Shown here: piece by piece, positions 57,012 through 64,000 of the stretch | Layout of the letters: the number at the start of each line of letters is the position of its first letter | Position numbering within the stretch: position 1 is the stretch's first letter | DNA from: Spirochaetia bacterium | GTDB lineage: Bacteria; Spirochaetota; Spirochaetia; UBA9216 | Assembly: GCA_965140585.1 (NCBI GenBank) | Contig: OZ223269.1 | Coordinates: 192,001 to 256,000 of the forward strand | Length of the DNA: 64,000 bases | Direction of reading: 5' to 3' | The notes under the pieces: generated by a model | What the model was told of the DNA's origin: nothing | The model's database searches: none | What the model saw: only the letters and a program-made list of their open reading frames with translations | Position numbers and translations under genes: made by a program

Positions 57012-57484
57012 ATTCTGAGATTTCCGGAATTATTGATGAAAGAGTGAAGGGGATATTTGCCATGCTGTTTAAAACTGAACTTCAGTCCGGATCCCCGTAT
57101 ATACTGGAAGTCCCGGACAGAAGAAACTGGGGTGTAACCAGCGTCGTAGGTGTAACCGGAGATTGCTACGGCATCATGGCTATAAGGGTGGAAGACTCAT
57201 TTGCTTCTTTTCTGCTTGAACGTTCAAGATTTCTGAATACTGAAGGGGCTGGAAGAGGGAAAATGATAAATGATATGATAGGTGAGATTATAAATATTAT
57301 TTCCGGAAATGTTTTATCAGTTGCAGCAAAAAGTGATTTCAATCTTTCGATACCTGTTACAATTCAGGGTGAACATCATAGTATTTCATGGCCGAAGAAA
57401 TCTGTGATTTCTGCGATACCATTTACTGACGGAGTTCATCGGCTTGAAATTCAATACAGTTTACAGTGTGAAAAACTTTCTTGA
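57008..57484 (+). CDS. Second CheX-family protein
   Basis: VVGVTG...G, GEIINIISGN, SIPVTIQG..H. Confidence 0.8.
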   Translation: MNSEISGIIDERVKGIFAMLFKTELQSGSPYILEVPDRRNWGVTSVVGVTGDCYGIMAIRVEDSFASFLLERSRFLNTEGAGRGKMINDMIGEIINIISGNVLSVAAKSDFNLSIPVTIQGEHHSISWPKKSVISAIPFTDGVHRLEIQYSLQCEKLS

Positions 57485-57505
57485 TATTGTATACTGAGGC
57501 ACATA

Positions 57506-59149
57506 ATGGAAGATATAATTGTAACCGGACACAGAAATCCTGATATGGATTCTGTATGCGCGGCATATGCATACGCTGAATTTAAAAACAGAACTGATCC
57601 TGTCAATCAGTACATACCCGTCAGATGCGGAAACCTCAATCGACAGACTAAAACTGCTTTTGAACTTGCCGGCGCAGAGCCTCCGTCATTTATGAAGGAT
57701 GCAGCACCGAAGGTTTCTGATGTAACCAGACGGGATATAGAAAGTCTTGATATAAACCAGCCTGTTTTCAGCGCTATCAAGGTTCTAGATGAAGAAAATC
57801 TGAGCTGTATTCCCGTTTTTGAGGAAGGTACGATTTTCAGAGGCATAGTCACTATCCATCAGATAAGCGGCTTTCTTATTTCAGAGAATCTTGGAACCCG
57901 GCCTGTTTACAGATTCAGAATCAACAATTTTCAGGATGTTCTGCCGGGATATTTTTTCCTGCGCGGGCCGGATAAAGAGTTTACAGCCCCTATAATGACT
58001 GGAGCCATGCCTGTTGAGGTAAGCAGAAGCCGAATAGAGGATATTAAACCCTATAAACCGCTGCTGGTTGTGGGACTGCGTACAGATCTCATAGACTTCG
58101 CGGTCGAAAACGATTTTCCGGCTATTATTCTTACAGGTGTAAGTGATGATTCAAGAGTAGGAGATCGTCTAAAGAACTACAGGGGGACGGTTTTTATCTC
58201 AAAGACTGATACTGCTGAAACAATCCGGCTTTTAAGGCTCAGTGCACCTGTTAAAGAGATTATGAATGCAGAGCCGGAGATAGTAAAATCTGATGCTGAC
58301 TTCGATTCGGCAAAACAGCTTCTGGTTAACTCAAGATACCGCGGTCTTCCTGTGTTTCAGGATGAGCAGTTTGCAGGTATTGTTACAAGGCGATGTTTTA
58401 TTGAAAAGCCGTTGAAAAAGATAATAATGGTCGATCACAATGAAATATCCCAGAGTATTCCTGGGTCGGAGCAGGCTGAGATTATTGAAATAGTTGATCA
58501 TCACAGACTTTCTCCGCAGCCTACAAAAAAACCGATTTATATCAATGTAAGGCCTGTCGGCAGTACCTGTACAATTATTTTCAGTCATTTTATATCACAT
58601 AACCTTGAACTCAGTCCACAGACCGCTATGCTGATGCTGTCCGGAATACTGTCAGACACTATAATTTTAAAATCTCCAACAACTACCACAGAAGATCGTC
58701 ATGCCGCTGAAAAGCTCGCTGAAATATGTGAAGTCAGTCTGGAGGAGCATGGAAAAGCCCTGTTTGAGAAGAGCGCAGTTCTGGGCGCCTCACCTGTAAA
58801 TGAACTGGTTGGTGCTGATTTCAAGGAATACAATGAAGGCGGGATAGCTTTCGGAATCGGTCAGGCCGAGGTTATAAGTCTTAACGGTATCGATGAATTG
58901 AAGAACAACATTATCAGCGAGCTTGAAAAGATAAAGAAAACCAAGAAGCTGAAGTGGGCCATGCTGCTTATTACCGATGTGATTAAAGAAAATTCAATAC
59001 TATTATCAACTCCGTTCAAAGCCGCTGAGGAAGAGCTTATTTACAGCAAAATTGATGATGATATATTTGATCTGCCCGGTATTCTTTCAAGAAAGAAACA
59101 GCTGCTTCCGGAACTTCTGCGCGTATGTGAGGAAATAGGCAGGAGTTAA
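57506..59149 (+). CDS. ppaC: Family II Mn-dependent inorganic pyrophosphatase with CBS/DRTGG insert
   Basis: GHRNPDMDS, CBS pair, VDHNE, VDHH, PVGSTCT, SRKKQ. Confidence 0.93.
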   Translation: MEDIIVTGHRNPDMDSVCAAYAYAEFKNRTDPVNQYIPVRCGNLNRQTKTAFELAGAEPPSFMKDAAPKVSDVTRRDIESLDINQPVFSAIKVLDEENLSCIPVFEEGTIFRGIVTIHQISGFLISENLGTRPVYRFRINNFQDVLPGYFFLRGPDKEFTAPIMTGAMPVEVSRSRIEDIKPYKPLLVVGLRTDLIDFAVENDFPAIILTGVSDDSRVGDRLKNYRGTVFISKTDTAETIRLLRLSAPVKEIMNAEPEIVKSDADFDSAKQLLVNSRYRGLPVFQDEQFAGIVTRRCFIEKPLKKIIMVDHNEISQSIPGSEQAEIIEIVDHHRLSPQPTKKPIYINVRPVGSTCTIIFSHFISHNLELSPQTAMLMLSGILSDTIILKSPTTTTEDRHAAEKLAEICEVSLEEHGKALFEKSAVLGASPVNELVGADFKEYNEGGIAFGIGQAEVISLNGIDELKNNIISELEKIKKTKKLKWAMLLITDVIKENSILLSTPFKAAEEELIYSKIDDDIFDLPGILSRKKQLLPELLRVCEEIGRS

Positions 59150-59808
59150 GCAGTCAACAGGCTGAGAAAGAAAGCTTTCATTTCATCCGGATGATAAAAA
59201 AGTGCATCCGGGTTCAGTTCCGAAAGCACCGCGGCATCAGTTGTCCCCCAGCTGACAAGCCCACTTTTCATACCTGCAGCTTTTGCCGCCCTGTAATCAG
59301 TATAAGTGTCGCCGATATACCAGCAGTCTTCCGGCAGGGCTGCAAGCCCGGCAGCAGCCTGGAGCAGGCCGTCGGGGGCCGGTTTGTGAGCTTTAATATT
59401 TTCTTCTCCAAGCATAATCTCCAGATCATAGGCATATTTTAGGTGTGCTGCTGCTTTTCTGATGAAGATCCCCTGGTTGTTTGACACCATTCCCATTGAA
59501 TAGCCTGAAGCTGCAAGGGCATCCAGGGCTTGCTGAACTCCTTCATAAACCTGTAAGTAGGCCAGTCCTCCGGTATGCATACAGGTATAAAACTCGGCAG
59601 CCATGGTATGCATTTGGTTTAAATCTGCGGTACCGGAATGAAAACCGAAACGTTCATGTGTAACATAACCCATTCCCTCAGAGATCAGTTCAGATGATGC
59701 AGCTGAATAACCGTTTTTCTTGAGAACGCTGTTTGTACATATTTCAACAGCCCTAATTGAATCTACAAGAGTTCCGTCGTGATCGAATATTAATGCCGAT
59801 TTTCTCAT
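59146..59808 (-). CDS. HAD-superfamily phosphatase (Gph-like)
   Basis: FDHDGTLVDS, VSNN, KPAP, IGDT..D. Confidence 0.9.
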   Translation of the reverse strand: MRKSALIFDHDGTLVDSIRAVEICTNSVLKKNGYSAASSELISEGMGYVTHERFGFHSGTADLNQMHTMAAEFYTCMHTGGLAYLQVYEGVQQALDALAASGYSMGMVSNNQGIFIRKAAAHLKYAYDLEIMLGEENIKAHKPAPDGLLQAAAGLAALPEDCWYIGDTYTDYRAAKAAGMKSGLVSWGTTDAAVLSELNPDALFYHPDEMKAFFLSLLTA

Positions 59809-59845
59809 ATTTATTTATAGCAGTTTATCTGAATAAAAAAAACTT

Positions 59846-60670
59846 CTATCGGTTAGACAGGGACTGAGAAAAAAGCCATTCAAGGACTGCTTCATTTTTA
59901 AACGGAGTATCGGGATCGTGACCCATCAGGGGATAATCGCTGAGCTTCATTATTTCTGTATTGTTGAAAGTAATTGTTCTTGTTCTGTAGGGTTGTTTGC
60001 CTGCCAGACCGAATTTAAGGCTTTCATAAGAATCTTCGTATTCGGGTAAATCCTTTATAAAATCAAATGCATTCCGTGCCGTTATAACCCTATGCTTGTC
60101 ATCCCTCCATCCTATATGATACCAGACCGAAGTTTTAGCAGCCAATGGCGGGGAAAGTTCATAGCCTGTATTTCCTGCAAGACGTACAATAGCAGCAAAC
60201 AACTGTCCATACTCTTTATAGTAAGCTTCGGCGAAAAGATATGACCCCGAGCCTCCCATGGAAAACCCAATAAGAAAAATACGGTTTTCATCAATGCGGT
60301 ATTGCTTTTTAAGTTCCTCTATCTGAGTTCTAACCCATGAAGCCTCATCTCCCCAACCCTGAGGATTGTTCGGCGCCATATAAAAACAAGGGTACTCTTT
60401 CATCTGCTTTTCATTATTGACTATTATTGGAGTATAGTAGACGTCTGTTCTTCCGGTTGCTCCATGCAGTGCGACTATCAGAGGATAGCTTCGTTTTGAA
60501 TTTTCAGGAAGATCATAATTCCAGGGTTTTTGCAGTTCATAATTGTACATGGAATTCTTCTCCATTGAAGGTTTATTTTCATTCTGAAATGTTTCGGCAT
60601 ATATCAGGAGCGGACAGCATATAAAAATGATTAAGAATATCAAAAGTATATAAAATAATTTAACTTTCAT
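59846..60670 (-). CDS. Exported alpha/beta hydrolase (esterase/peptidase-like)
   Basis: Signal peptide, YPLIVALHGA, IDENRIFLIGFSMGG, C-terminal GH. Confidence 0.85.
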   Translation of the reverse strand: MKVKLFYILLIFLIIFICCPLLIYAETFQNENKPSMEKNSMYNYELQKPWNYDLPENSKRSYPLIVALHGATGRTDVYYTPIIVNNEKQMKEYPCFYMAPNNPQGWGDEASWVRTQIEELKKQYRIDENRIFLIGFSMGGSGSYLFAEAYYKEYGQLFAAIVRLAGNTGYELSPPLAAKTSVWYHIGWRDDKHRVITARNAFDFIKDLPEYEDSYESLKFGLAGKQPYRTRTITFNNTEIMKLSDYPLMGHDPDTPFKNEAVLEWLFSQSLSNR

Positions 60671-60672
60671 AA

Positions 60673-62151
60673 TCAGGATCCTAATCCTTTTTTCTCTAAT
60701 ATTTCAATACTGATTCTTAATAAAATCAGATAGGCAATCAATGCTGCAATTACGATTACCATAGTAAAAGCAAATATGCTGTTATAATTATGAGTACGGA
60801 TAGCAATTAAAAACCTGAAAAGAGGGTACCAGGAAAATACTGAAAACAAAAATCCGATGATTCCTCCTGTCTGAGCAATGCCTGCAAGATGGTTCAACTC
60901 TCGTTTTTCGGGTTTTAAAATTGAAAAAATATTTCCAAACCCAAGATACAGAAAGGAAATTCCAGCAGGCATTACAAGGGCTACAGGTAGAGAGTAAAAG
61001 TTTGTCATTATCCCGATAATTAATGTGAATATACAACCCGGTATTGTAAAGAGAATTAGAAATACAATGTTTTTGTTTATGATTATCTGAAATGCGGATT
61101 TTGGCCATTGTCTTATTCGCCCGAAGGCTTCTGTTTCAAAGCCGAAACTGTTATTTGATAGAGTCGCGGCATTAAGCATATAAATAATCATATAGATGTA
61201 CAGTACATTTACTGAATTGTCTTTTGTTAATTTTATATACAATACTGCTGCTGCTGTAATTAGAAAGGAAGATTTAATTTCTGCTGTTTTTATAAAAAGA
61301 TCGAGATTATAAATAAAAAGAGAGAACCTATTCTTTCTTAAAAGCGACTTTACATGAAGACGACTCAAAAAAATCAACCTGGACTTAGGCAGTTCTGTTT
61401 TATTTTTAGTTTTGTAAAGCAGATATGTTAAAAACAGGAAAGTACCGCTGAGCAGAAGCATGCTTAAAGTCATTAGAATACTTTTTATCCAGTCCGGGGG
61501 ACGTGTAATAAGTGAGGGGAAAAATGAAGTGAAAAACCATAGCTTCCCGGCATATTCTCCTGCATCGGTAATAAAGGGAAAAGTGATATTAAAAATGCTG
61601 ATATTGATTATTTCATTATTGATTGTGAAATATGGATTTGAGAATAACAGGGTGACCATCAGCAATAAAAAAATCAGGTGAAGGTCAACAATTAAATTTG
61701 TAGCAAGTGTCAGATACTCAACAAGTGAAAAAAACAGAATTGAAGAAAAAAGGCAAAATACAAAATAAATGATACCAGTAAAAATTCCGGTTGCAGGTGC
61801 TTTGAAAACAATAAAAGGGAATAGAAGTAAAACAGATAATACGGCAAGTACAGGTAATGCAGGATTTTTAAAAAGACGGAACAGGTAAATAAGAAATCGT
61901 TCATTTGAGCTGACAGGAAAATTCATCGGAATGCTTTCAGAAAGATTGTTTTCTCGGACGGTTGATCTGGTTACTATAAAAGGAACGATAAACCACAGCA
62001 GGCTGAGATGGAAAATATTAAAGCTGAAAATTTTAACAGCTGCAAAATATGAAAAATCTGATATCTGTGTGACAAAAAGGTTGTTTGAAACTATTTGAAG
62101 ACATAATGCAACTAAAAGCCAAGATGAAATAAAGCCTTCAGCCCCCCTCAA
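60673..62151 (-). CDS. ABC-2-type permease-like polytopic membrane protein (5' end possibly frameshifted)
   Basis: About 12 TM helices, FPVS and WPKS..II..KN motifs; follows an ABC ATPase. Confidence 0.7.
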   Translation of the reverse strand: MRGAEGFISSWLLVALCLQIVSNNLFVTQISDFSYFAAVKIFSFNIFHLSLLWFIVPFIVTRSTVRENNLSESIPMNFPVSSNERFLIYLFRLFKNPALPVLAVLSVLLLFPFIVFKAPATGIFTGIIYFVFCLFSSILFFSLVEYLTLATNLIVDLHLIFLLLMVTLLFSNPYFTINNEIINISIFNITFPFITDAGEYAGKLWFFTSFFPSLITRPPDWIKSILMTLSMLLLSGTFLFLTYLLYKTKNKTELPKSRLIFLSRLHVKSLLRKNRFSLFIYNLDLFIKTAEIKSSFLITAAAVLYIKLTKDNSVNVLYIYMIIYMLNAATLSNNSFGFETEAFGRIRQWPKSAFQIIINKNIVFLILFTIPGCIFTLIIGIMTNFYSLPVALVMPAGISFLYLGFGNIFSILKPEKRELNHLAGIAQTGGIIGFLFSVFSWYPLFRFLIAIRTHNYNSIFAFTMVIVIAALIAYLILLRISIEILEKKGLGS

Positions 62152-62218
62152 TTTATTTGCATGATACTGCCTTTTTGAAAAATACTCTGATACCGAAGAA
62201 TCGCCCCTGCTTTAGAAC

Positions 62219-62962
62219 TTAAAAAAGCCACTGAAGCCTTCCTGCTGCTTCATCATTCTCTGCGAAAGAAATAAAGAAATTATCGAGATTTCCGTACTGG
62301 TTAATAAGACTGCTGCAGATGGAATCATCAATTATACGTCCATTATTGATTGTAATTATTCTATCAGCAAGTTTTTCAACGATATCAAGAATATGGGTTG
62401 TCAGAAAAACCGTATGTCCGGTCTCTGCAAGCTTTTTTAGAAGCCGCTTGGTATGTGTAAGACTTAGCGGATCCAGCCCTGTTAGAGCCTCGTCCAGAAA
62501 TATAATTTTCGGATTATAAATTAAAGCCATAGACAAGGCAGTCTTTTTTCTTACACCTAGCGAACAGTTTTCTGCACTGGTTGTCTGATAATTTTCAAGA
62601 TTAAAGAAATTTAGAAGATCCGCTGTCCTGTTTATTTTATCAGTTTCAGACAGGCCGAAGATATCAGCAGTAAGCAGAATATGCTCATAAACTGTCAGAT
62701 GATTAAAAAGGTTTAATCTTTCAGTGACAATTCCCACTGAATATTTCCAGCTGGAATCCCTGCCCGAGATATCAATACCGTCAATATCAACTTTCCCGCT
62801 GTCAGGTTTCAGGCTGCCGGTAAGCATTCGGATGGTTGTTGATTTGCCGGCCCCATTTGGTCCGATTAGAGCGGTAATTGATCCCGGCTGTATTCTCGCT
62901 GAAAAATCATCGACCGCCAAATTATCGCTGTAACTTTTTGTCAGATTCTGTGAAATAATCAT
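62219..62962 (-). CDS. ABC transporter ATP-binding protein
   Basis: GPNGAGKST, CSLGVRKK, FLDE..TGLDP, TTH; start set at the ATG after AAGGA. Confidence 0.92.
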   Translation of the reverse strand: MIISQNLTKSYSDNLAVDDFSARIQPGSITALIGPNGAGKSTTIRMLTGSLKPDSGKVDIDGIDISGRDSSWKYSVGIVTERLNLFNHLTVYEHILLTADIFGLSETDKINRTADLLNFFNLENYQTTSAENCSLGVRKKTALSMALIYNPKIIFLDEALTGLDPLSLTHTKRLLKKLAETGHTVFLTTHILDIVEKLADRIITINNGRIIDDSICSSLINQYGNLDNFFISFAENDEAAGRLQWLF

Positions 62963-62975
62963 TTTTATCCTTATA

Positions 62976-63863
62976 TTATCCGGTTTTACTGAAAAGTCTG
63001 GAAAACGCACCCGGACTTATGCCGAAAACTGATTTAAAGAGTCTTGAAAAATGAAACTGATCACTGTAGCCGGTTTCTTCCGCAGCCTCTGCCACAGTTA
63101 CAGAAGGGTTATGCAGAAACTCCGCAGCATGATTCATCTTCAGCTTGAGTAGATACTGGTAAGGTGTACTGTAATCAAATTTTTTGAACAGTCTGCATAG
63201 ATAGGCTTCATCAACATTACAAATTTTCGCTGTGTCCATTAGCGTAAATAATCTGAGATATTCTGCTTCTATCGTTTTCCTGCATCTTAGATAGGTTGAA
63301 TATGATTTTCCTGAAAAAGAGTCCCCCTTGAGTGCTGATTCGGCAATTTTCATTATCAGTACTCGTGCAAGTGATGTGCACAGCACATCAGTATATGGTG
63401 TATCCGCCATGCCGGTTCTTGTCAGTTCTTCAAGAGTTAGCAAGATTGATTCTGGTGCCGCTATGTGATAAACCGCAGATTTTGAAGATATATGTTTATG
63501 CATAAGTTCTTCAGCTTCATTGCCTGTAATGTTGATAAAGTATTTAACAAGCGGATTGTCTGAGTCACTTGTTATTGTATGATTGACTTCAGGGCTGTAG
63601 GTGAACAATACAGCTCTTGAAAGTGGATGGACAGTATCATTAAGAGTCAAAGTTCCTGATCCGCTGATAATAAACTCAATTCCGAAGTAGGGGAAGGTTT
63701 TTCTTGCTATGCTGTAATCGGGTGAGGTTTTTTCGATACCTCCCGCGACAACTGTTAGAGAACCTGTTCTGTATATGTCCAGTTTTCTGTAAAAACGTCT
63801 TGAATCGCTTACCTGAGAGGAAAAATATCCGGGTTCAGGCACGAAGTTTTTTAATGAAGTCAA
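62976..63863 (-). CDS. AraC-family transcriptional regulator
   Basis: YLCRLFKK, AEETGYSDQFHFSRLFKSVFGISP; start uncertain (TTG at 63863 follows AGGAG). Confidence 0.9.
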   Translation of the reverse strand: MTSLKNFVPEPGYFSSQVSDSRRFYRKLDIYRTGSLTVVAGGIEKTSPDYSIARKTFPYFGIEFIISGSGTLTLNDTVHPLSRAVLFTYSPEVNHTITSDSDNPLVKYFINITGNEAEELMHKHISSKSAVYHIAAPESILLTLEELTRTGMADTPYTDVLCTSLARVLIMKIAESALKGDSFSGKSYSTYLRCRKTIEAEYLRLFTLMDTAKICNVDEAYLCRLFKKFDYSTPYQYLLKLKMNHAAEFLHNPSVTVAEAAEETGYSDQFHFSRLFKSVFGISPGAFSRLFSKTG

Positions 63864-64000
63864 GATTATCCATACTCCTGTCAAATGCTTCCATTGCTGA
63901 ATCGGGTATACAGCAACTATAATATAATAACACAGATAAGTATGGAGGGATATGGTGAGTGATTTCAAACTTGATCCGGATGGTATTGATCCCCGGAAGG

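Noticed and set aside
1-64000. CRISPR arrays, tRNA/rRNA genes, IS elements, prophage or defence systems
   Set aside because: No spaced direct repeats, cloverleafs, transposase, integrase or phage-like ORFs were recognised by eye.

Overview
This is a 64 kb chromosomal window from a bacterium that is most likely a free-living spirochaete. That assignment is inferred from LPP20 lipoproteins, CheX paralogues, a FecR plus CHASE2 cyclase locus and spirochaete-style signal peptides. No rRNA, tRNA, CRISPR, integrase or transposase was seen. In order, the window holds: a partial MerR regulator; a birA-bioY-ECF biotin uptake operon with a BirA operator; a divergent mobB/NTPase pair; two LPP20 lipoproteins; a preQ1-I riboswitch in front of a queuosine-precursor transporter; a Tyr-rich repeat lipoprotein; a MoxR-DUF58-bat operon; FAS-II genes (fabD, G, F, Z, V and fabH) split by an XRE-cupin/acyl-CoA synthetase pair; trpS; a TRAP transporter with TetR; a four-gene envelope operon divergent from a CHASE2 adenylate cyclase; a 6-oxocamphor-hydrolase-like crotonase; a candidate ~70-nt sRNA; lemA with two TPM genes; three pseudogenes; a second TRAP transporter with a YesM/YesN-type system; a phosphohexomutase, dapL, tandem cheX, a CBS-PPase and an AraC-ABC-hydrolase block. 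The best leads are the anti-SD-loop sRNA (41031-41136), the putative trans-envelope cAMP signalling module (32777-39669) and an unnamed palindromic operator shared by the fab promoters. All family calls come from motif recognition by eye; no database search was run.
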